Assembly: GCA_039096935.1 (NCBI GenBank)
Contig: JBBPEE010000035.1
Coordinates: 1-64,000 of the forward strand
Length of the DNA stretch: 64,000 nt
DNA from: Blastocystis sp. ATCC 50177/Nand II
Lineage: Eukaryota
Direction of reading: 5' to 3'
Notes under the pieces: generated by a model
What the model saw: only the letters and a program-made list of their open reading frames with translations
What the model was told of the DNA's origin: nothing
Database searches by the model: none
Position numbers and translations under genes: made by a program
Part shown: positions 49,385 through 60,797 of the stretch, piece after piece
Layout of the letters: the number at the start of each line of letters is the position of its first letter
Numbering within the stretch: the first letter of the stretch is position 1

Positions 49385-51578
49385 CCCCTTTCGAGCCCTC
49401 CTCGCGGATGATCGCCACGCGGTACTTCGACGCGCTCGCCAGCCACTCCGCCGGCGTGGCGCGCGGCTCGTAGGTCAGCTTCCACGCGGGCTTGTGGCGC
49501 TTCTTCAGACCCTCCTGCTCCTGCTCGGCGCACGCGGGGTTCGACTGCAGCTTGTCCAGCTCGAACGACGTCGCCTCCCACAGGTCGTGCAGCGCCTTCT
49601 CGTCCTCGTCCAGCACCACCGCGCCGTTCACGCTCACCTTCACGCGGTTCGCCGCCTGCGTCTTCGCGATCACACGCGCAGGCACCTGCGCCGCCTCGTA
49701 CGCCGCCAGCACCTCGTCTACCTTCGCGTCGTCCACCTACACCACCAGACCCAGCTCCTCGTTGAACAGGAACTCCATCATGCTGCTCTCCGTCGTCGCC
49801 TCCATCACACAGCCACAGTCACCGCCGAAGCACATCTCCAGCACCGTCGTCAGCAGACCACCATCCGAGCGGTCGTGGCCCGCCAGCAGCACACGCTCGC
49901 GCAGCAGACGCTGGGTCGCGCGGAAGGCGCGCTTCAGCAGCGCCGTGTCGCAGTCGGGCGTCACGTCGCCCAGCTGCTTGAACGTCTGCGCCAGCGCCGA
50001 ACCGCCCAGCCGCGTATGACCGCCAGAGAGGTCCACGAACACCAGCGAGGAGCGGCCCGCGTGCTTGATGTCCGGCGTCACCGTCAGCGAGATGTCCGGA
50101 CAGTCCGCGTACACCGACACCACCAGCGTGCTCGGCGCCTTCACCACCTCCTCGCCCACCTTCGCCGCCATGGACAGCGAGTCCTTGCCGCCGTCCACCG
50201 CGATGCCCAGCTCCACCATCGCCTTGCCCATCGCCTCGCAGCAGTCGTACATCGCCGCGCCCTCGCCCTCCAGCTTGCTCGCCCACATCCAGTTGCCGCT
50301 GCACTTCACGTCCTCGATGTCCGTGATCGCCGCCCACACCAGGTTCGTGCACGCCTCGCCCACCGTCAGCCGGCCCATCGCCGCGGGGTCGATCAGCCCC
50401 TTCACCGGCTGCTCGCCGATCGCCGTCGCGCAGCCCGTCGTCGAGAACGGGCTCTGCGCGAACACCGCCACGTCGCTCAGCGGCAGGTGCAGCGGGCCGC
50501 AGCACAGCTGCCGCGCGATCAGCCCCGTCACCGACCGGTCCACCTTGCTCGTCAGGAAGCGCTTGCTGCCCACCGACAGCAGACGCAGCACGCGGTCCAG
50601 CGCCTGCATCACCGTCAAGTCTTCAGGCAGCGCCAGCGGCTTCAGCACCGCCGGCACGTGGTGGTCCACGAACGTCTTCTTCGCCAGCTCGCCCAGCACC
50701 AGCTCCAAGTCCAGGTCCACCGCCGTCTCGCCCGTCCTGCTGTCCTTCACCACCATGCGGCCCGTGTCCGTGATCTTGCCCATCACCATCACCGGCACGT
50801 TCTCGCGCTCGCCCACCGCCTCCAGGAACGCGCGGTCCTTCTCGCGGATCAGCATCGCGTCGTTCTCCTGGAACTCCGCGCCCCACAGCTCCTTCACACA
50901 CCTCGTCTGGAGGATGTCGATCTCCGCTCCGTTCGGCGCCGAGATCTCCTTCACCACCTTCCCGTTGCCGCCTGCGCCCTGGTCGTGGATCCACACGATC
51001 GGGTTCGTGTCGCGGATCACGCGGTTCATCTTGTTCTCCATCTCCGCGTCGCCGCGCTGCACCGCGTCAAAGTCTAGCGCCGCCTGCCACGCGTCCTGCA
51101 TGCGGCTCCACGCCGCGCCGCTGCCCAGGCCGATGCGGTAGGCAGGACCGCCCACCTTCACCACCAGCATGTCCTTCTCCGGCTGCCCCTTGTGCAGGTG
51201 CCGGTCGTCCAGCTGGCCCACGCCGCCCGAGAACATGATCGGCTTCAGGTACTCGCGGCGCTCGCCGTTCGGGATGCGCTGCGCGAAGGAGCGCGTGAAG
51301 CCCGTGATCACCGGCTCGCCGAACTTGATCTGACGCGCCGTTCGAGGCGTCGATCTCGAGGGTCAGCGGCATCGCCAGGTTGCCTACGCCTCACGCCGCC
51401 AACCCGCGCCCACTTGGGTACTCCCACTTCTCCTCCCACGGCAGCTCGTACCCGGGGATGTTCAGCACGCCCACCGAGTAGCCCACCGTGCTCGCCGTCA
51501 CCTTCGCGCCAGTGCCCGTCGCCTGCCCGTCGCGGATGCGGCCGCCCGTGCCCGTCTCCGCGCCGGGGAAGAACGCAC
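49385..51578 (-). pseudogene. purL: Phosphoribosylformylglycinamidine synthase (large PurL/PFAS) internal fragment
   Basis: FPGAETGTGGRIRD, KPIMFSGG, VQRGDAEME, IHDQGAGG, KVDRSVTGL, GGKDSLSM, HDRSDGGL, EELGLV, VAIIREEGS. In-frame TAG at 49737-39, deletions/frameshift, truncated at both ends. Confidence 0.93.
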
Positions 51579-51827
51579 CTTGACCCTAGGGAGTATCAGA
51601 CATGAGCAGCGAGGAGGGTTGACAAATAGGTCAGGGGCGACTTGTACCATCACACGTGACTGATCATGTGGTAGTGGTGGCGTTTCAAGAGCACGTGGCA
51701 TTTATGCCTGTGGTTATACAAAAACCTTAGACTGATAGCTCCAAAGAGGATTAACAAACCGTTGTATTGTTAACAAAAACAAATCCCAATAATGACATTG
51801 ATTCATATGGGGAAAAGTCACTCACAG

Positions 51828-52670
51828 TTACAGAAGGAACGGAGTAACAAATGCTATGTACCTGATAAGATCGGATTTGGAGGTCAACGAATAAATAGGA
51901 TCCATAATTAACAACCCCACCACCACTTGAATCCAAAAGAGGTATTTGAATACTGCCCACAAAGAGTTGACAGAATAGTAATGACCAATCAACAGAGTAA
52001 TCATGTAAAACACGATAATTGGAATCTGCCATGTCTTACTCATGAAGAAGACAACAGATAATACCAAACTGAATAACAGACAAATGATCGAGAATTCTTC
52101 GGAATACGGCAAGTCGAACCAGAGTAGAAAAACGAAACAGGCGAGAAGCAGAATGGTAATGATGAAGAAGGTGAGTAGCCACGGGTCCCTAATAACAGAA
52201 AGCCAACAGCCTTCGATAAACTCTCGCTCTTCCCTGTCCAAATCTCGCTCTCTTCTTCCAAAGCAGAACCACTGATAAGGCAAACACTCAATGGGTTCAC
52301 TCTTTTTATCGTGCTTGCCACCCTCAATTCTATTGATAACCTCAGTTTTCTTTTTATCCTTAACTATCACGTCAGTCTTATACTCAATTACTGTATCGAG
52401 TAGCTTTCCATTTACATACAAGTTAGCACGAATAGGCCCGTTATTATTGAGAACGAACACCAATCCAGTGTGTCTACCATACACCACATTCTTGGCTTCT
52501 TCATGTACACATAACGGTTTGTTCTCATGCTTAAGCCAGTACATGCTTCTATTCATACCGCCCCACCAATCATCTGGATCATTACTATCACAATCAATAA
52601 CAGTTGGCTTTGTAGCACCCTTACAGTTCAAATCACCTGCATTATTCATTTCTACTTTACTACTTGGCAT
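51828..52670 (-). CDS. Hypothetical multi-pass membrane protein (may continue by splicing to ~51650)
   Basis: 280-aa ORF with several hydrophobic segments in the C-terminal half. Confidence 0.55.
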   Translation of the reverse strand: MPSSKVEMNNAGDLNCKGATKPTVIDCDSNDPDDWWGGMNRSMYWLKHENKPLCVHEEAKNVVYGRHTGLVFVLNNNGPIRANLYVNGKLLDTVIEYKTDVIVKDKKKTEVINRIEGGKHDKKSEPIECLPYQWFCFGRRERDLDREEREFIEGCWLSVIRDPWLLTFFIITILLLACFVFLLWFDLPYSEEFSIICLLFSLVLSVVFFMSKTWQIPIIVFYMITLLIGHYYSVNSLWAVFKYLFWIQVVVGLLIMDPIYSLTSKSDLIRYIAFVTPFLL

Positions 52671-54189
52671 AATACACTTGGTTCAACAAAAGAAATTATG
52701 AAAATCTATCCACCCTCCGTTTCCTTAGGAGTTTCATTTAGTTTGTAATGATTGTGTTTCCTTCCATGACACCTTCCATGTTCTATTCCATACACAAGCC
52801 CTGCTACTCACTCCAAACCACACCATTCCCCTTCTCACGTCACCAGCAGCCTCCCATTCTCATTTCCAGTCAATCGCTCTCACATTCACTCTTCCCTCAT
52901 AAACCACTCCATTCCACTTGTTTTGCACCTCCATTTACAGATGCGGTTCATTTCCATCAATCACCACGAAGCACCCATTCCGCGTGTTTCACCACTCTAC
53001 TCACACCTCTCACATCCTACATTAGGGGTATATCCAAATTGGTTGCAAATGAGTTAGTCACTCTGTAATGCATGCATGTTTGGTATCTATCATTCTGCTG
53101 TGCTTTGTGTCATAATGTCTACCACTGTACATGTCCAATTCTGCATTTGAAGAGCCAGCCGTCTAATTGCTGTATATGCCTTCCATGTGTACAAGAAATG
53201 GAGTGAATCATGTATAACTGATATTTCCTGACAATCGCAGGCATTTACAAAGCCAAAACCAGAGGGAGTGGCGTACAGCCTTTCCACATGAGTAATCCCT
53301 TTCACCCAGATTCTACTTCCCTAAAAACAATAAAGCATGTGTTTAAAAGAGGTTTTCGAAGAGTCGATTCGTGATTAGGATAGGAAGTGTCCAAATAGGA
53401 TGAAACGGCACGAGAATGATGACTTCTTTCTATCATAACTCACATCATTCGTATCTCGGCTGTTCCTATTCCATGCAGGAATCAGCCCATCTGTATGACT
53501 TTGTAGCCAATTGTTATCACAGTTGCATAACAGTGCACAAATAACACACAACCGGCACCGGAAGCAGTTGCGATCCCCACCAGATCAAGGGCAAACCAAC
53601 CGCTTCCTTAATGAAACAAGTGGAATCTGTGTTCAATCAGTGTCGTTCACAAATCATCCTGGAGCCTGCTATTCTGTGCATTCGTTTCCTAACAACCTAA
53701 TCATCTTGCTATGCTAGACTCTTATGTAGAAACACCGGAAATCATCAATGGCATCAAATTGAAATAAGACTGTTTTCGTTTCAAGCAGTTGATCCGTCAT
53801 CTGGAGAGACGGGCCTTAGCCCATCTCTTGCTCGTCTTCGTTATCTATTTCTCCCATCGTTAGCACTTTTTTCTCCAAATCATACTCATTCTTTGTGTGA
53901 GTATCAAAGTGGCGTATAACCATTCTCAGTATATAATCTCGCAATTGCAAGATGTATCCAATGCTTTGAACACCAAGGCATAGTGTGTACTCATTTCCCG
54001 AATCCGTTGCCCAATTGCTGCGACATTCCAGCCCTAATCTTTATTATCGAGACTATAGTGAAGAGAATGCAGTATAGCCTTCTTCTCGAGAGTGGCATCC
54101 AGTTTGTTCATTGTTCCTCTTTCACTGTTATAGAATGTATATAGCAAACTGTTAAAGAATGACAAATCTCTCTCCCTGTCCCTATCTAC

Positions 54190-55325
54190 AGAAACTGCCA
54201 GTACAGCCGATTCAACGCAATCAAGTGGTTAACCATTGTCTTCTTCTTCCACCTTCATCAGCGGAATCAAAACATTGATCTAATCTTTGGGAATGGAGAG
54301 AACACCTTCCCTGTGTTTGTGGCGTGTGATTCTGGAGGCTACAGCATTCTCACCGATTCCCATTTCGGAATCATGATGCTGGTGTGAATCTACGCCCTTC
54401 CCGATGAGATGGTGGTTGATGCGAAGCAGACCTGTCCAATGCATCCCAGTACCCTTCCTTCTCTCTCCTCAGTCTTATAACAGCATGATCCCATCAGTAG
54501 CATTCGAGTCATGGGTGGATCTTCACTGGACGTGATGTGCGCTCTGTTCCTGCCGCAGTGGTCAGAGCTGAAGGCACACGAGAAGCCGATCGAGTCTCTT
54601 CTCCCTGCTGGACTCCGCCTTGTCCCCACCGCCTGGGCGTGTCGCCGCTCTCCGTCGCCAGAACGAGGGTTGTCTCGCTGTTCCAGCCGCTGTTTCAGAC
54701 GCTGAAGGAGGAGCATCCTGCGGTGGAGGACAAGACGGCGAAATCACCATGGCGTTTGACTGCTTCAGCGCGTGTCCTTTCATCAGCGAGAATGAGAAGG
54801 GACAGAGCGTGACGATCGACAGACGGCGCTGAGGGTGCGAAGCAGGAGCACGACGCGGACCCCAGTGACGGGCTGTCCGCCAAGGCGAGCGTCGTGAGCA
54901 GGCGATCCGTCCGTGTCTACGTCAGGGCTGCAGGAGACCGTGTGTGGCGCACGCCCAGCAGACGGCGATCTGGCGGCCATCTGGCGGCAGAAGCGCTGGC
55001 TGGAGAAGGTCGACGGGCTGGTGCGGCGCGAGGACTGCTGGGCGACCCCTCGAACGATCTGTGCAGAGGCGAGGTTCGCTGGGGTGAGCCATCTTCCGCC
55101 ACTCCATGCGCATTCCCGCGGTTGTCGCATTGGGAGGTGTTCGCTGTGCCACTCGGTGTGGTGGACAGCAGCCGCAGCAAGGCGTGCTGGGTGTTCGATC
55201 ACCCGTTTTATGATGCGTTGCTACGGCACAGCTTCATGATCTGCGGGAAGAACGATCGGACGATGTACCGACTGGGGTTGTTGTTTGAGATGGAGAAGGT
55301 GAAGAAGTTGACGGAGGAGGAGTGA
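54190..55325 (+). pseudogene. Fragmented coding sequence, possibly a WD40-repeat protein
   Basis: GC-rich codon-like stretch with LKAHEKPIESL (WD40-like), frame breaks and stops. Confidence 0.3.
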
Positions 55326-56589
55326 GTGATCGAGCGAGGTGATGAGGAAGCCGAAGCTGGTGAAGAATGCAGAATCGGCAGAATCGCTGTGAGAAGGAGG
55401 GTTGTGTATATTGAATTGGTTATGACAACGAATCATAGATGGCTTGTTTGTTGACAAAACGGAGTTGTGTGTTGGAGAATCAGAATACACTATCCAGTGA
55501 AGCAATAATGAGCGGTCTGACTAAGATAGGCGATTATGAGTTGTTAGAGAAGCGGAATGAAGAGTATGAAACAAACTGAGGGAATGAAGCATAGAGAGTG
55601 GTTTGACGAATACAGAGCACGCAGTCGAACTACAAATGAGATTGTATTGATGGCAAGAATGAAAAATGGATTGGATGTGAAGGGAATCGAATCACGCTTT
55701 CCACAATTGAAAGAATGCAGAAATGAGCATCTGATGAGGTATATAGATATTGTGAAGAAGGAGGACGAGTTGTGGGTAGTGATTCCTTCCAGAGTTGACA
55801 GAATAGATTGTGATGGAGAATTGTGATTGCTATTCTCTCTCGCAATTCTTGAAGCATAAGGATTACATGACTGAGGAGCAATTGCGTGAAATCGCTCGTG
55901 GTTGTTTATTGGGGTTGAAGTATCTTCATGAGAGAGGCATCGTGCATGGAGTAAGCTCTGTGAAGTAAGAATGAATGAATAGGACGTGAGACCAGTGAAT
56001 CTGTTTCTGACTGAAGAGGGTGTGTTGAAATTGGGTTACTACGGCTTAACAACCCAAGCAGAGTGCTTTTCCATCAAGAAAAAGGATTGTGAAGGGGTTC
56101 GCAGTTTTGCTCTTGAAGTGTTTAGAGGAGAGTATGAGATGAAGAGTGATGTGTGGTCTCTTGGGATTGCTTTGATTGAAGTGATGGGCATAAGACCATA
56201 TTACGGGTACAAGAATAACGATTTACCCACAATGTATGGTCGTTTTCAGTTACCCTTTAAAAGAGATACCATCAAATCATCAGAATTGGTTGATTTCCTC
56301 CAGAGGTGCATTCAGAAGAAGGATGATAGATGGAGTGTGAATGAGTTGCTGAATGTGAGTATGATGGGATGAGAATGATGAGTAGCATCCATTTGTGAAG
56401 GAGTGTGAAGAAGAGGTGTTGAGTCCATTGGTGAAGATACTGAAGTATCAAGAGTATTGTGAATGGATGCTGAAGACTGACGTGAAGGATCCTCATCTGG
56501 TGTTGCATAAGAATGGATTGTGTTGGTGTCATGAAGGGCTGGTTGAGAAGTTCCCTTCCATTGTAGTGGAATTGTGTTTGAATGGAGTA

Positions 56590-58311
56590 AAGTAGTGGCA
56601 CAAACCCCTGAAATGGCACAAACCCCGGAACGACCTCTTAGTTCTTTTTCACCAATTTTCATGTGGATAGGTATTAGTGTAAGAAACATGTTTATTCAAT
56701 CAAATGTTCTAGAATCTTCCAGAATCTTCCAAAACGAATAACAGAAATCATTACCTTTTTGGCCAATCTTCATTATTTCTTTGAGATGAACCGCGTGTTT
56801 GCAAGGAGTGAAGTGAGGAATCAAACCTCACCCAGAAAGAAGTTCAGCGCCATCAAACGGCTGAGCGGCGATGTGAATTGCGATGATGTCGATTCCAATC
56901 AACTTCTTCAGAAGAAACTGAAACTCTCCAAATCATCCTACTATAGTGCAGTGAATGCGATGAAAGAGGGGAGGGAGGTTGGGCGCAACGGGAGACCACC
57001 CTATCTTCGAGATGTGGAAAAGGTCGAATTTTGGGACTGGGTGGAGTGCAAGTCCCATGAGGGTAATTGTGCAACTATGAAGGAGATGCGCGAGTATGTT
57101 ACGGACATTGTCCGGGCCAAACGCCCCGCCGTTTTGCATAACCGGAGATTGGTGTCCAGAGGGTACATTCGCAAAATCTTGGGGGAGGGGGGGCTTTTGC
57201 TGGATAAGTGTTGCAATTCCTATACTACTAAGAAACTACTATCCATTGATGAGGCGAGCGAGTTCTTCGCTCTCGTGGGTAAGGTTCTGAAAGAGTACGG
57301 AATTACACCTGATCTTGTTTTCAATTTTGACGAATCGTGGATCTCGCCCCAGGACAAGGCGCCGCGCTGTAAAGTAGCTCATGCCCGTGGGGATATCCCT
57401 ACCAAGAAGCAGGGCAATCCGAGAGAGCACTATACTCTGGTAGGCTGTATCTCGGGGGCGGGTCTGGCATTACCCGAGTATTACATTATCCCTCCCAGAA
57501 AGCGCCTCGCGCCGATTCTGGAGAAGATTCATTTGGATAATAACTACATTGCCCAGTCCGCGAAGGGTTGGATGAGCAATGAGAGCTTAGCTCGGTGGAT
57601 GCGCGATCTGCTGATTCCCGCGGTAAATCAGATCAGAGGCAACAACAAGGATAGACATGCCCTGATAATAGCAGATGCGCACGCAAGTCGGTATGACAAG
57701 GCTGTGGAGCGAGCTTTAAGAAGTGAAAACATCCATATGGTCATCCTGCCTGCGAAGACCACTGCTCTCCTCCAACCCCTGGACGTGGGGATCTATAGTC
57801 CCTATAAGACCCACCTCAAGGAGTACTGCAAGAGCAACGGGATAGAAGCCGTGCTCGATGCTTCTAGAAACGCCTTTTCGGATGCCTTCACAAGAAGCAA
57901 CATCCTGCAGGCCTGGAAGCGAACGACACTGCTTTCTGATGACCACTCCTCCATCCTAGCTCAGCTGCCGGAGAAGAACGAAGAACGCCGCAATTGCCGG
58001 AAATCGCGATTGACGGGAGTGAAGCTGTTCTGAGCCTGGCCAAATTCGGTGTGATAGTGTTTTGTTGTAAACACAAAGAAAATGCAAAAGGGTTTGAAGA
58101 AATAGGCCTTGTGGGGGAGAAATGACGAAAGATACGGTCGACCAATGAGATTTGAGGACCGTTTTTCTCCAGATTCTTCCATAGGAGCTCTTGACTATCT
58201 ATGGCTTAACCCTAATAACTCTTCATGTACTATCCATTGGGCAGGGTAGTGGGCGTTTCGCCGGTGGTCGTTCCGGGGTTTGTGCCATTTCAGGGGTTTG
58301 TGCCACTACTT
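56590..58311 (+). mobile_element. pogo/Fot1-like DD35D DNA transposon, copy 2, 1722 bp, apparently intact
   Basis: Same 46-bp TIRs as copy 1. TA TSD at 56588-89 and 58312-13. Confidence 0.97.
56759..58033 (+). CDS. DDE_1 (pogo/CENP-B-like) transposase; first ATG at 56786
   Basis: GRPP and HTH-like N-terminus; VFNFDES, KGWM, IIADAHAS, TTALLQPLDVG. 35 residues between the 2nd and 3rd Asp. Confidence 0.95.
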   Translation: MANLHYFFEMNRVFARSEVRNQTSPRKKFSAIKRLSGDVNCDDVDSNQLLQKKLKLSKSSYYSAVNAMKEGREVGRNGRPPYLRDVEKVEFWDWVECKSHEGNCATMKEMREYVTDIVRAKRPAVLHNRRLVSRGYIRKILGEGGLLLDKCCNSYTTKKLLSIDEASEFFALVGKVLKEYGITPDLVFNFDESWISPQDKAPRCKVAHARGDIPTKKQGNPREHYTLVGCISGAGLALPEYYIIPPRKRLAPILEKIHLDNNYIAQSAKGWMSNESLARWMRDLLIPAVNQIRGNNKDRHALIIADAHASRYDKAVERALRSENIHMVILPAKTTALLQPLDVGIYSPYKTHLKEYCKSNGIEAVLDASRNAFSDAFTRSNILQAWKRTTLLSDDHSSILAQLPEKNEERRNCRKSRLTGVKLF

Positions 58312-60797
58312 TAATCGAAGTGGATGTTGCATCCCACACACTGCTAAGAGTGAATGGAGAGGAAGTGAGTGGCGTCGAGCACAAACGGGTGCTGGATTTG
58401 AGTGATGATGGAGAGAGATGGGAAGGCGATGTGTTGAACGGTCAACCCTATGGTTGGGGCGTGTTGTATGACAGTGAGAACAGAATGGCGTATGAGGGAT
58501 TCCGAATTGACAAAGTGAATGTGTGCTATGGCATTCAATACTACTCTGACGTCCAGAAGGTGGAGTATGAAGGAGAGATTTGTGAAGGAAAGCGCTGGGG
58601 ACGATGCATTCAATATGATCGGAATGGCAACACTGTGTTTGATGGAGAATGGATGAATGATGATAATCAGATTGAGAAGCGAGTAGTGCTGAATGAAGAG
58701 AATCAACTCCTTCACAGTTACATTGAAGAACTGATCGTGGAGAACAACAGTTGCAATGGACCAGAATGGACTGCTCTCGATTTGTCCTTCATTCCCAGTT
58801 TGCGATTGCTTGAAGTGGGTGATGAATGCTTTAAGTATGTGAATGAAGTGAAGTTAATTGGTTTATCCAAGTTGGAGAGAGTGGTGATTGGAATGAAAAG
58901 CTTCACGAAGGATAAGAATGGTTGGCCCAAGTATGATTCAAGTCGTCATTTCTATTTGAAGAATTGTGAGAGTGTGAGAGAATTGAAGATCGGTCATCAT
59001 TCATTCTCTGATTATTCTGTGTGTGAGATTGAGAATGTGCCTTCTTTGGAAGTGATCGAAATGGGAGATGTGAATGAAAGGAGTTTCAATTTCAGTTATG
59101 CTTCATTGGAATTGAAGAGTGATTCTCAAAGAATGAAATGATGAATAGACTTGCCCAGTTTGAAATCACTCCTGTTTGGTGGTGATGCATTTGATGATTG
59201 TTCTCGTGCAGTGTTTGAGAGTGAATGGATTGAAGAGGGAATGATGACTAGACTTGCCTGAATTGACTTCCATTCGATTTGGTGATTATGCATTCCGATT
59301 CAAGAATAATGATTCAACTGAATTGATAATGCGAAGTGGTGATGATGGAATGAACTGATGAATAGACTTGCCTAAACTCACTACACTCACAAGTGAAGGC
59401 AGTTGGACATTTGAGTGTCCTCATATCATCACTCTGGAGGGTATATCCTTTTACTCTATCCTCACAGATAGACATACCCTCTCTCACCACTGTTTCTCTC
59501 CCTCATGCATTTGAATGCAGAAATCAACTGCTTCACAAGAGTAATCACAATCAGAGAGAGTGATGAATAGATATTGGGGAGTTTATCAATCATCCAGCCT
59601 TTCTTTGCAATCCCCACGCGAGTATTCATTCTGTTGACGAACTGAGAATAATGAGTCAAAGTGTAGAAGTGATGATTGTGGATAACAATGCATGTAATGA
59701 TAAGTGTTTTACGACATTGGTTATATCATTCTTCTCCAATCTGAAGGTGTTTGAAGTGGGTGATTATTCCTTTGCGTTTGTGGATGAAGTGAAGTTGATT
59801 GGATTGAGTCAATTGGAGAGGGTAGTGATTGGAGGGAATAGCTTCACGAAGGATAAGAATGGTTGGCATAGTTATAATTCAAGTCGTCATTTCTATTTAA
59901 AGAATTGTGAGAGACTGAGAGAATTGAAGATTGGTCATCATTCATTCTCTGATTATTCCGTGTGTGAGATTGAGAATGTGCCTTCTCTGGAAGTGATTGA
60001 AATTGGAGAATTGAATGAAATAAGTTGGAATTTCAGATATGCTTCATTGGAATTGAAGAGTGATTCTGAAAGAATGAAATGATGAATAGACATGCCCAGT
60101 TTGAAATCACTTCTGTTTGGTGAAGATGCATTCCGCGATTGTTCTCGTGCAGTGTTTGAGAGTAAGACTTCCAGAAGGAGAATGATGAATAGACTTGCCT
60201 GAACTGACTTCCATTCGACTTGGTGATACTGCTTTCCAATTCAAGGGTGATGAATCAACTGAATTGATAATGCGAAGTGATGATGATGAAATGAAGTAAT
60301 GAATAGACCTGCCTAAACTCACCTCACTCACTATTAAATGCAATTCCAGTTATACATTCTTCTATCCTCGTTCCATCACTCTGGAGGGTATTTCCTATCA
60401 TTCTATCCTCACAAACAGACATGCCCTCTCTCAACACTGTCACTCTTCACAAGGGCATTACTTTCAAACAGAGGATAACCCTTCATACGAAGAGTTCCTC
60501 TCCCTCCTCCCCCTCATTCCTAGATATCACTCCTGCTCTCCGAAAGTATCTCTAATACCCTCTTTCTTCCACACACGATTCACCTTCAATTCTCTCCAAA
60601 TGATTCATCCACACTTCAAAACCCTCTCCATCATCACACCACACTCATCCGCAATTCCCAATCAGAGAATGCGTGAGGATGTGCGATTCCATCACTTTCC
60701 CCTGATCTTGCTCCATTTCCCTCCACAACTCTATAAATCACACAACACTCACACACTAACCCCCAAATAGAAATAGAATCACTAATTCCGCCTCGTA

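Larger units (their letters stand above)
55508..60555 (+). pseudogene. Degenerate protein kinase + MORN-like repeats + BspA-like LRR gene, interrupted by transposon copy 2
   Basis: DYELLEK, IVHG|DVRPVNL, LKLGYYG, KSDVWSLG; WEGDVLNGQPYGWG, YEGEICEGKRWG; LRR exons. Removing the insert restores the NGV-IEV frame. Confidence 0.85.

Noticed and set aside
49494..51141. 527-aa and 358-aa + strand ORFs
   Set aside because: Shadows of the GC-rich PurL fragment.
58191..58313. N-terminal extension of ORF 58191-59141
   Set aside because: Read-through from the transposon end and TIR; host coding resumes at 58314.
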